DNA of 64,000 nt, from assembly GCF_006345805.1 (NCBI RefSeq), contig NC_043008.1:50716001-50780000 (forward strand), in the 5' to 3' direction. Positions 1 through 13,000 of the stretch are shown here, one piece after another; positions within the stretch are counted from its first letter, which is position 1, and every line of letters starts with the position of its first letter. The notes under the pieces were generated by a model, which saw nothing but the letters and a program-made list of their open reading frames with translations, did not search any database and was not told the DNA's origin. The translations under genes and the position numbers were made by a program. This DNA comes from Octopus sinensis. Its lineage: Eukaryota.

Positions 1-108
1 TTAACCCTATATGGTTTAACAGTAGATATTTCAGATAAACACAATAGATTATCTCAGTGAATATTTCTTTTTTAATATATTGTTTTTATTTCTCTTTTGT
101 CTCATTAG

Positions 109-225
109 ATGGTGTCCCAATCCAACTGGTTACCGAAGGTAATGAGAAAGACCACAGGACTGGAAATGGAGAAACTTACTTTACTTGGACCATTTCTCTC
201 ACTCTCGGTTTTTGTTGGTGATAAT
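109..225 (+). CDS. UBE4B: UBE4B exon (first in window), MVSQSNWLP...SVFVGDN
   Basis: cattag acceptor at 107-108, gttagt donor at 226, phase 0/0. Confidence 0.9.
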
Positions 226-3200
226 GTTAGTTGGAAATATTTCTATTATTTATTTCTGATTTCAGGAATTAAACACAAAAGGAAAAACCTAATTCCTATT
301 CTTGCTATTCTGTAATTAGTTTTGTATGAAGTCATCATCATCATCATCGTTTAACATCCGCTTTCCATGCTAGCATGGGTTGGACGATTTTGACTGAGGG
401 CTGGCAAACCAGATGGCTGCACCAGGCTCCAATCTTGATCTGGCAGAGTTTCTACAGCTGGATGCCCTTCCTAACACCAACCACTCTAGAGTGTAGTGGG
501 TGCTTTTACATGCTACTGGCATGGGGCCCAGTCAGGCGGTACTGGCAATGCCCTCACTCGAATCCTTTACATATGCTGGTAACGATCACGCTCAAATGGT
601 GTCTTTTACGTGCCACCAGCACGGAAGCCAGATAGCCACTCTGACAACGATCACGCTTGGATGGTGCTCTTTGCATCCCACTAGCACGGATGCCAGTCAT
701 CGAATTTGATTTTGATTTTGACTTTTGAAAATTTAATTCTTGTATACATAGAGGCATGACTATGTGGTTAAAAATCTTGCCTTGCGATCATGTGATTGTC
801 AGTTCAATCCCACTGTATGGTACCTTGGGCAAGTGTCGTCTACTCTAAACTTGGCCAACCAATGTCTTGTGAGATAATTTGGTAGACAGAAACTGTGTAA
901 AATCCTATATGTGAATGTGTGTCTTGTTTGTCTCTCCACAACTACTTGACAACCAGTGTTACTTTGTTTATATTCCTGTAACTCAATAGTTTAACAACAG
1001 AAGCTGACACAATCAAGTATCTAGCTTAATAAATACTGGGGTCAATTTGTTTGATAAAAATCCTTCAAGGTGATACCCCAACATGACTGCAGTCTAATGA
1101 CCGAAACAAATAAAAGATAATTTCTCTTTTTATTGCTATCAATTCATAAAATTTCTAAATATTATATTCAGATTACTTCTACATTCAAAATTGCATGACT
1201 TATAATAATCTTATAGAATTATTCTATTCTATTAATTTTCTTTTTTCAAAGAAATATTTTATAATGTAATCTTAAAAATGATCAAATTATTATTATAGAT
1301 ACAACTCATATCTGTCAACCGACTGAAGTTGATAAATAACAATGGATTGAATTACTATTTTTTTTCTGAAGAACTGGTGTTTCCATGCAAGCATCTACAT
1401 AATGATTACAGCACAACATACAAGCATTCACTAGTGAAACATATGTAAAGATATGTAATTGTTATAATCAGAAAATAACCTAAATCTTGTGTTTTATTCA
1501 ACTCTCAGATACATATAAATATATATAAATAAATAATTAAAGCATAGCTACTTTCATTGGGACTAATTATTACAAATAGTTATTATCTTAAATTAATTGA
1601 TGAGTCCCATAATTAAATAATGTTAACCTGTGTAAGCGTACTAATGAGATTCGTTATATTCTAATAAATAAGTGAATTTATCCCTGTGCCTGCATTACTT
1701 TTTTACCTTTTTTTAAAATATTTCTTAGTGTTTTGATCTTTTTGTTTCAGGTGAAAGTTGTTGAGAAATATTTCTCTAACCATTTATTAACACCAGACAA
1801 TGCAAGACTCATATTCCAAACTCTGCAACATGGTCTTGAATATGCTCGGGTAAGTGGGTCACCTGTTGTCGCTCTTTATTTAACCTTTGACCAGCTCAGA
1901 CTGAATGATATTCAAGCCATTACCTCTTAGCTTTTATTTCGGCACAGTGTATCTAGGACCATATTGTGTAATTTGTCCTCACCTCATATTCACTCAGTTT
2001 CGGAAAGAATCCAAAATTTGGATGGGTTCTGTAAAATAAATAACTTTTTTTGTTACTAGGTGCAGGCATGGTTGGGTGGTTAAAGAAGTCTGCTTCTCAA
2101 CTATGTGGTTTTGGGTTCAGTCCCACTGAAGGCCACCTTGAGCTATAGTCAAGTACCAACCAGTGCTTTGTGTATAAATCTGTTCTCTGTTGTTGTTTAA
2201 CACCAAATTAACTTTGACTGAATAGACTTGTGGTCAAAAGTATTTCAGCTACGACAACACATCATCCTTCATATCTTGCATATCGTGGTTTCCATTATTT
2301 GTATGGTTGGATTTGAGGGACAATTGGTTTATATTTCTAGCAGGTCAAGCAACCTCATAGACATGGTGAGGTACAACATTGTAGCTGACAAGGGTGGTGT
2401 TAACATGTAGGAAAGCACTTAAGGTGTTTCTTCTTTGAATCCCTACATGAAGTACAAATCTTCATTGGTTCCCGTCTCCCTTGGTCCAATATATTGAAGA
2501 AGTTTGCTTCAGATTTATTGATAATTGATTCCTAATATTATTGTTTTCTTTAATTTATCTTCGACAGACGGAGCAGTATAAAATCATACATGCAGTTTTG
2601 GTGAACTCAGAAAGCAGGGATGCTGCTATAGGGCTGTTAGAGAAGTTTATTGATGGAAATTCCAAGAAATCTCAAATTCAGGTATTGATCTGTTCAGTGA
2701 TTTTATTATAGAATTACATTTGTCTGATTTTGTTTTGCGGGGCTGAGGGGGGAAAATATTTCTTTGTGTTTGTTTTAGAGGGTACAGATTATTCTAAAGA
2801 AATGTTCATTAGTTTTTAGAAACAAACTGTTAAATAAATATTTTGGCAACCAATAAATTAATAAATCATCCATCCATACATACAAACATGGTACATAGTT
2901 GCATAACACACACATACACACACACACAGACAGACATGCACACACAAGGAGACAGAGGTGCATACTTATGCAAACACACGCTCACACACATACATAGAAA
3001 ATACACAAACACGAATATGCAAGCACATGAATATACAGGATACATACATACATACAGATGCACACACACACATATACATACATACACATACATACATACA
3101 TACATATATCATGAGTCTAACACCTTAACCATTTGACCACATGCCTTCACTCACTCACACACATGCACGCCGCGCGCACACACACACACACACACACTCT

Positions 3201-5612
3201 TGTATACACACCCACTGTGTGGGTTTGAAATTTTTTTTTTCTTTATTTTGTGAATACCTTAAATTTGTTAATTACAGGTTGATGAGAGATATGTTGCCGG
3301 AGATGGTTTCATGCTCAATCTTCTCACAGTTCTTCAGATGCTGGCTATAAAGATCTCTTTGGATAAGGTAAGATTTTGCAGATGCTAAATAACGATGGTG
3401 AATGAATGAATCTCTCTCATCCCTTTGAGTCCTACGACTCAAGGCCAGTTACTCAGTTTGCAGTGGCATAAAAGGGACTCAGCACACAATATTCACTTTG
3501 AAGGGGACACCAGTCCGTTGCAGTGTTACTCATTCACAGCTGAGTGAACTGGAGCATTGTGAAATGAAGTGTCTTGCTCAAGAACACAACACACTGCCTG
3601 CTCTGGAAATTGAAACCATGAGCTTGTGATTTTGAGCACAACATCTTAACCACGAGACCATGTACCTATTAATCTGGCTGGATTCAGCAACGAAAATAGT
3701 GAAACCCCATTCCTTTTTATTTCTACCCAATACGCATGTGTGCAAGTGTGAAAATGTGCGTAAATGCACACATGTGCAAGCATACTTGGGAAACATACCA
3801 GTAATGTAGAACAGTCTAGATTACTTAGAAAAGATAGAAATAAAAAGGTGCGGGGTTTTCAAGATTTTTCTTGTTCAATATAGCCAGATTAATAGGAATG
3901 TGACCTATTGATCCCTGGTATGTTTGCACGTGTGCATTTATGCACATTTTCACACTTTTAATATAAATAAAAAAGGAAAGTGTTTTCTTGTTTTAGTTTG
4001 CTGAAACATCATTAGAAATCTCCAAATTGCAACCATTTGGCTTCAGGTTCAATCCCACTGTGTGGCACTTAGGGTAGATGTCTTCTTCTATAGTTGTGGA
4101 CTGACCAAAGCCTTGTGAGTGGATTTGGTAAACAAACTGAGAGATGCCTGTCATGTATAAATACATTGGCTGCTTATTTCTCTGAGTTTATTCAAGTGAT
4201 TTGCACACCTGTGATGAAACTGCAATAAGGGTCCATATCCACCATCCATGCAGTGTAAAGAGAGGGATTGCTCAGTGCCTAAAACATCGAGCAATGAATA
4301 TAAGTAGCGATCGTGATACCCACCTTAATCATTAGTCATCAAAATTATTTTATACCTTAATCATTAGTCATCAATATTGTTTTATATCTTTGTGATTAGT
4401 CATCAGTATTGTTTTATACCTAAGTCATTAGTCATCAATGCTGCTTCTATTTCAGGTGGACCTATATTATCCTTACCATCCAAACTGCAGAGTTGATATC
4501 TCATCTGAAAGTTGTATGAAATGTACATCTCAGGAGAGCGAGGAATGGCGCACAGAACTGGGTAAGTGGGGAATTACTCGGCTGGCATCATTGGATTAAA
4601 ATATTAAATTTTAATCTGCTTTAATCTGAGTTGACTTTTGATTGTAAGTTCCAGAAATATTTTAGAGGTTAATTTAACAACTAGATTTCCCTACTAAAAT
4701 TCAACTTGTCTCTCGTTAAGTTCATTTGTCTTGCAGTTGCCTTCTAGAAATGTTAAATTTTAAGGAATAATGAAGATACATATTATTTGCATATATTAAT
4801 ATATATTAAGGTACCAGTTTTATATTATATTTGTTTGAATATTTTTCAGCTAAAACTAAAAATTGGCAAGATCCTAAATTTTCTACAGAATGTTTCTTTT
4901 TGACATTACACTGCCATCACATTTCCATCCTGCCACTTTCGAGGAAATACCAACGCCATCTAGTTATTATAAGGAATTTGAATCGAGCCATCGAAGAGTT
5001 GGAGTCGAGCGAGGCTCAGTGGAAAGATTCACCGGTAGCCTCTCGAAATAAAGAATCTCTAGAAAAATGGAAAGCTCAAGTAAAAGTGAGTGGATCTCTT
5101 CCTGTTTTTTTTTTAGGGGGGGTGTCTCTTTATTTTCTTACCCCTTTCTCCTCTCTTTTGTAAAAAATAAAAATAAAAAACAAATAAAAAGGAAAAGAAC
5201 AACCCCGTTCTTGGATGCATTCTCTTTTGGAATTGGTGTTCTTTAAAGCTTGGATCCAATCAGAAAGAGCATCTGTCTTGTAAACCACTCTTTATCATCT
5301 TAGGAAAGGAAAGCACCTATTAATGCAGCCCTCTCATGGGTGTGTGACGTTTTGGTACAGCTGTTTCGGTGCTGCCTGTTTTGGCATCACTGATTCAATG
5401 CTGACTTATTTGACATCATCTCACTCTAACGTTTCTCTTGTTCTTTTCCTCTCTCTCTCTCTTTCTCTTTCTCCCCCTCCCCACCCTCTATCTCTCCCAC
5501 TCGCCCTCCTTCCTCTCTCCTCCATGTGTGTGAGCATATTTTCTTGTGTACAAATGAGATGGAAAGTGTTTGTCTCTCTATTCCCCTCTCTGTATATTTC
5601 TGCATATCCATT

Positions 5613-5649
<37 letters not shown>

Positions 5650-8546
5650 ACTTTCAGTGCCATTATATACAATCACAAAAACAGGCTGAATGTCCAGTCA
5701 GCCTGCCAAAATCTTCAGTGTCCAAACAACTGTACCCACTTGGCTCATTCCCATCCTCCTACACAGTTTTAAAAAGACCTGTTGTCATGGCTGCACTGTC
5801 TTTTATACATAGGTCTGCTCAATCCTGAGGCTAAACAGCAACTGTTTAGTCAATCTAGCTAGGAAAACTATTTGGAATGGAATTAAGTTGTTGTTTCATC
5901 CCGAATTAGTCCTGTTGACTCATCTTATTTTCAAAGATATCTCAGTCATAATTATTTCACCTTTTCTGTTTTTTCAGATAGGGGCTCCACAGGCATTGCT
6001 GTCTGGTTAAAAAGATCACTTTGCAATTACGTGGTTCTGGGTTCATTCAGTTCCACTGTGTGGCACCTTGAGCAAAGAGACCTTTACCTTAGCTTCAGGT
6101 GGACATGTCTCTTGTGAGTGAGGTTTGGTAGAAGTGTGTGTGTGTGAAGGTACATGGCTTGCGGTTAGTGGTGTTACCTCAATAAACTTGACCTGACGTA
6201 GAAATGGGGATGTTAAAATGATGATAAAATGTTGATAATCTGTTTTTAGTATATTTGTATTTGTTTAATGTATTTATTTTTCTTTTGTGATTTGCAGAAA
6301 TTACAAAAGAGTAAGCTTTGTGCCAATGCTGGCCTCTTGGATGAATCTCTCTTAAGACGGTGTTTGCAGTTCTATGGCGTCGTAGCTGATTATTTATTGA
6401 AAATGGCAGATCCCGAGAATGAAGGGTAAGAAATACTGGCACCGGCAGCCGTACCGTTTGTTTTCTCATTCTTTAGTCTCCGAAGAAACAAGAATTTGTG
6501 TGTACACACCGTTGCACATGTACGAAATATTCTATACATAATGCAGATTGATATTGGGTGCTAGCTAAATAGGAGACACGTATTAGACTAAAAGAACATT
6601 TCCGAAAATTTGTGTAGGCCCAGGCATGGTTAATAGGCATAGGTTGTGGCTATATGGTTAGTAGTTTGCTTCCTAATCACATGTTCATGGGTTCAGTCTC
6701 AGTGTGTGGCACCTTGGGCATGGGTCTTTTACTATAGCCTTGGAAGAAACTAAGCCTTTGTGAGTAAATTTGGTAGACAGAATCTGAAAGAAGCTTGTGA
6801 GTGTGTGTGTGTGTGTGTATATATATTTGTGTGTGTATATATTTGTGTGTGTATATATTTGTGTGTGTGTATATTTGTGTGTGTGTGTGTGTGTGTGTAT
6901 TTGTGTGTGTGTGTGTGTGTGTGTATTTATGTGTGTGTGTATTTGTGTGTGTGCGTGTATTTATGTATTTGTGTGTGTGTGTGTGTGTGTATGTGTGTGT
7001 CCTTGTCCATATTTTGTGCAAACATGTCTATGGGGGAAATATTAACCTTACATGGAAACAGGTGAGGGTTGGTGATGAGAAGTACATCCTAAACACCTGT
7101 TAATATATATATATATATATATATGTGTGTGTATATGTTTGTGTGTCTGTGTTTGTCTCCCCAACATCGCTTGACAACCGATGCTGGTGTGTTTACATCC
7201 CCGTAACTTAGCGGTTCGGCAAAAGAGACCAATAGAATAAGTACTTACATAAGGCTTACAAAGAATAAGTTCTGGTGTCGATTTGTTCGACTAAAGGCGG
7301 TGCTCCCGCATGGCCACAGCCAATTGACTGAAACAAGTAGAAGAGTAATGTTCCAAACACCAGTTTAATGATGGTAAAAGTTACTTTACTAAATTCTTCG
7401 TTATTTAAAAAATTAATTGAAACAAAGGCAGAGTGCCTTACCAGAAAAATGGTAATAAATGGGTTAATGATGTCATCATATTTTAGTTACTGTAAATTTT
7501 GTTTAATTCTCTAATTATGTCTCTCTTTTTTTTCTTTTCTTCTTTCCAGCAACAACTTACCTCTGCCCCAAGTCACTGAGAAGGCATTTGCTGCACTTCC
7601 AGAGTTTTATTTGGAAGATATTGCAGATTTCCTCTTATTTGTGCTGCAGTAAGTGTTCCCTAATATTCCATAACCTCAGACATCCATCTCTGACTACAGC
7701 TATTCTTTCTTTGTTATGTTTAAGGCTATTCATTTTGTGGCGTTGAGGGGACATGACTAACCATGACTCCACAAATGTGTGTGTGTATATTTATTGATTT
7801 GCGTCAATGTAATCAAATGTTCCCTTGAAGAACTGTTGTAGATCAGCATCTAAATTGCACTGTTTTCACTCACTGCAGAGGATGCGAATGGTACAACTGA
7901 AACGTATGTAGGAAATAAATGGCAAAAACTGCATCCTGTATCTATCATATTTTCCCCCATAGTTGTTATATCAGTTGTTTGTCATAAACAGTAATACTTT
8001 TAAGGACAGTAGCAACCACATCACTGTAGAGCAAAATGGAGAGTTCCATTTTAAGAAAACAACAATAAAAGGTGGTTAATTACAATTGTGAGGAGAATTC
8101 TGACTGGAAGAGGAGGAAAAGAATATATTTCATTATTTTGGAGTAAAGGATAAGATACTGTGAGAGGCTGTGTGGTAAGAAGGTAGCTTTGCAACCACAT
8201 GGTTTCAGATTCAGTCCCACTGTGTGGCACCCTGGGCAAGTGTCTTCTACTATAGCGCCAGGCTGACCAAAGCCTTGTGAAGGTATTTAGTAGGCAGAAA
8301 CTGGAAGGTGGCGAGCTGGCAGAAACTTTAGCACACCAGGCGAAATGCTTAGTGGTATTTCGTTGGCCACTACGTTCTGAGTTCAAATTCCACCGAGGTT
8401 GACTTTGCCTTTCATCCTTTCGGGGGTCGATTAAATAAGTACCAGTTACGCACTGGGGTCGATGTAATCGACTTAATTCGTTTATCTGTCCTTGTTTGAC
8501 CTCTCTGTGGGCAGTAAAGAAATAAGAAACTGAAAGAAGCCTGTCA

Positions 8547-8607
<61 letters not shown>

Positions 8608-10034
8608 CTGTATATATTGTATGTGCGTGTGTGTCTCCTTGCCTTGACACCATGTGATAATGGTAAACAAATGTCACTGTAATGCAAGCGGTATCCTCAA
8701 TATTCTGTGAAAACATTTGATTTTGGTGAAATATTACCTTGCTTGGAAATGGCGGAAGATTGGTGACAGGAAGGGTATCTGGCCTTATGAAATCTGCCTC
8801 AATAAATTTCACCTGGCCCATGCGAGCATGGAAAAGTAAGCATTAAAATGATGATGGTGATGATGAAGGCTGAATGTTTGTGATGGGCCTGTGATTGAGT
8901 TAAGAGGTAAGTTGAAAAGTGAGGGATTTTCAGTTGAACAGGGGAATCAGTAAGGTAGTTTTTCTAACCTAGAGGATGTAAAACTCTGTTTTTTATTTCT
9001 CACTAATTTCTCTCTTGTCAACATTTCCTTGAAAAAGGTCTCTGTCTGAAACAGTGGATTTCCCACTCCCTTTGGCAAGTTCACTCGACCATTTTTTATT
9101 GATTTTTCTATGTGTTTGCTCACACACACACATATATATCAAGGGGTTGCTGACACCCCCCTGGCTTTAAGAGTATTGTGAAAGGCTTGGCTGGCGGCCT
9201 AACCTTCCAACTTCTTTTACAAGGCTTAGAAAAACAGAAGGACCACTGCAATAAGTTTGTGAATCTGAGAAGGGAATACATTGCATAAAATCATAGTTAT
9301 CTGACCCTTCTGTATTTCCTTTTACCCAAAGCCAGGAACTTTTCAGCACCCCCTCGTGTGTGTATGTATGTATATATATATATATTGGAGTAGATGAAAC
9401 AAAGGCGACTGAAGAAGGGGAATTTTCCTTGTGTTATTTGTCCTGTACTCTATTTTTTCGTTGTTTAAGAAAAATGTCCATTTCCTTGGTTTTGTGTTTA
9501 TGTTTTCGTTTCTCATTGTGTTCGACGTTTTTTTGGTGTCCTGTACCCATATCATCATCATCATCATCATCATCATCATCGTTTAACGTCCGTTTTCCGC
9601 GCTAGCACGGGTTGGACGGTTTCGACCGGGGTCTGGGGAGCTCGGGACTGCCCCAGGCTCCAGTCTAGTCTGGCAGTGTTTCTACAGCTGGATGCCCTTC
9701 CTAACGCCAACCACTCCGCGAGTGTAGTGGGTGTTTTTTACGTGCCACCTGCACAGGTGCCAGAGGGGTCTGGCATCGGCCACGTTCGGATGGTGCTTTT
9801 TATGTGGGGGGGGGGGTGCAGAAATATAGGGAAGCACCAGTGGGGAGGGGTGGTTCAGAGAAATGATGACAGGTTCTAGGCAAGTAGAACGTAGGATATC
9901 GAGAGAGGGGTAATGCATGGTGAAATAGCGTATTGAAGAGGGGGGTTCGAAGAGTAGACACCTATAATGGTGGTGGGAGAAGCGACAGGTACGTACATAT
10001 ATGTATGTATATATTGCATATGTTTTATTATTTA

Positions 10035-10084
<50 letters not shown>

Positions 10085-13000
10085 GTTTATTTTATTCTGT
10101 TTTATTTTCCAGTTACAAGTCAGAAGTTTTAGGCAGTGATCCAAGTGTTAATCAGCTTGTACGTATGTTGATAGTGTTTGTCTGCAGCCCCAGTTACTTC
10201 AACAACCCTTATCTTGTCGCTAAGCTTGTTGAAGTACTTTTTGTGATCAGCCCTAATTTCCAGCCTCGTACTGCTAAACTCAGTGAGATGCTATTGTCTC
10301 ACCCACTTGCCCTCAACTATATGGTTCCTGCTTTGATGCAGTTCTATACTGGTAAGTACAAACCCATAGCTGCAAACATGTACCCTGGTAGAGGTTGCTA
10401 CTATACACAAGCATTGCTATACTGTTTACATACCTGGGTAGGTTCTATTACTGCTACACTCATACTGTAATATATACACCCAGGTAGGTCCAGCTACTAC
10501 ACAATTACATAGTTCCACACTACATATCTGGGTAGGTGTTACTACTACACTCACACATGGCTATTTGATAAAGTATATACCCGGGTAGGCGTTCTTACTA
10601 CTCGTATACCTGACTATACTATAACACTGTGTAACAAAATTTATTTATTTTTCTTTTTGTCTTTGGTCAGTAAGTGTTGCTTTCTATTTGCTTCTATCAA
10701 GAAATCAGAGGAAATGTTTTTGTGGCCTGGACATCAATGTTTTCAAAACTGACCTATTTTCCATTACATTTCAGACAGATTCAGTGCTAAGATGCTGAAG
10801 CAGAAATATCATTATAGCATATACGCTGCTCAATACCACAGATTTGCTTGTCAGTTGCTTGACCTTAACCAGTTGAGCATGTCCCTTAGTGGCTGACGAT
10901 ATGTGCTTCTCTGATGATGAGCAGGAGTAGTGGGGGAGCATCATAGCCACGTGTTTAGAGGGATTTTCGGGGTTTGAATAAATATAACAAAAGCAAAGTC
11001 CGAAGGAAATATTAGCCATTTTAAATACTTTCTAGGGGTAAGCAAAAAAAATCGTGTTACACAGTGTAATAGATATCAGAACAGGTCCTGCTATTATACA
11101 CATACATGGCTGGCTGTACTACAACATACACCTGGTACTACTACACAACTATTCTGTTTACATGTCTAAGTAGGTGTTGCTACTACACATACTGCTATGA
11201 GTACATACCTGGGCAGGTGCTCCCACATCACATATACGTGACTGTCATCATCATCGTTTAACGTTTGCTTTCCATGCTAGCATGGGTTGGATGGTTTGAT
11301 TGAGGCCTGGCTTGCCAAAAGGCTACACCATGTTCCAATCTGATCTGGCAAGGTTTGTACAGCTGGATGCCCTTCCTAATGCCAACCACTCCAAAAGTGT
11401 AGTGGGTGCTTTTTACATGCCAGTCAGGCAGCATTGATATTGACCACGCTTGAATGATGTGATTATGTAGATACTCCCTTAAAGGTAGAATTCCTGCCAC
11501 TCTGGAATGGTTGAGACCTCTAGAATTCTGTTGGACACATTATGGATACATTATGGGAGTCAGTGTGTTGTTGAGCTTCAGCTTAATCCAGGTCATGCAA
11601 ACCTATGATTAAAAACATTCCAGATGTGACAGTCCCATCTTTTATTCAGACAGTGTGTCCTAAAACTACATTGTCCAGTGTGCTTTTCTTTTCCTTAACC
11701 CTTTTACTGCAGAAATCAGATACATCCCTTCAGAAATTTCATTGCCCATAACTGTGTAAAGCAGTTTTATGTATCAGCTTATTTTTTATTGAAAAAGCAG
11801 TGCCACATAAAAGCAATAAAGCCAGTGCTGTGTAAAAACAGTCAGTACACACTCTCAGAGTGGTTGGCATTAGGAAGGGCACCCAGCTGTAGAAACTATG
11901 CCAAAACAGATATGGAGCCTGAACAGCCCTTCAGTAGGTCAGCTCCTGCTTAACCATCCAACCAAGGCCAGCTTAGAAAACGGACGTTAAGTAATGATTG
12001 TGGTGGTGGTCATACTTGAGATGACTTTTTGTTGAGAAATGTCAAGTTTAATGAGGCAATGTGACTTAGAGAAATCACCAGTTCTATTCTTATTTTTAGC
12101 AGATATTTAACATCATTACTGGAATAACCATGAAATTTAATTTCGCAGTTTAAAGCTTATATATGGTGGGATGTTATGTGAGAGGAATTTAGTTGGTATT
12201 TCTAGCAGGTTTAGTACCCTCCTTAGAAATTCCCTAATTAGCCGTCATTATTCTGTTTACATGTGGTGATTATTTAACCCTTTCGTTACCAACCCAGCTG
12301 AAACCGGCTCTGGCTCTGTAGTACAAATGTCTTGTTTTCATAAGTTTTGAATTAAAATCTTCCACCAAACCTTAGTCACAATTTATGTTCCTAACACTAG
12401 CTGAATAGTAACTAAATTATTTTACTAAATTCTTTGTTATATTTAAAATTAATTGAAAGAAACACAGAACATCTCTAAATAAATATAGTAACGAAAGGGT
12501 TAAATGTGTTTTTAATTGCTTCAAATGTCTTGTCAGTGTGTCTTTGCATAATGGTTAAATTTCCTTCTTTTCTTCCTTCCTTCAGATATTGAAACTACTG
12601 GCGCTAGCAGTGAATTCTATGACAAATTCACGATACGTTATCATATTAGTATCATTTTCAAAACCATGTGGATGATTCCATCTCACCAGAAGAAAATAAT
12701 TGAAGAAGCTCAGTGAGTTTTTCATTTTATTGTTCAACAGCTCTTAGATTGGGGTTCTTGGTGAATGTCAGGTTTGGGTAAATCATTGCACAGGGGTGGC
12801 TGTGTGGTAAGGAGTTTGCTTCCTAACCACTTGGTCCCAGGTTCACTCCCTTGGCATGGTGCCTCGAGCAAGTGTCTACTACTGTAACCCTGAGCCAACC
12901 AAATCCTTTAGAGTGGATTTGGTGGACGGAAACTGAAAGAAGCCTAGTGTGTGTATGGATTTGGTAGGTGGAAACTAAAAGAAGCCTAGTGTGTGTGTGT

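Noticed and set aside
8051-8821. 256-aa minus-strand ORF
   Set aside because: It runs antisense through nested SINEs and a microsatellite; no protein similarity.
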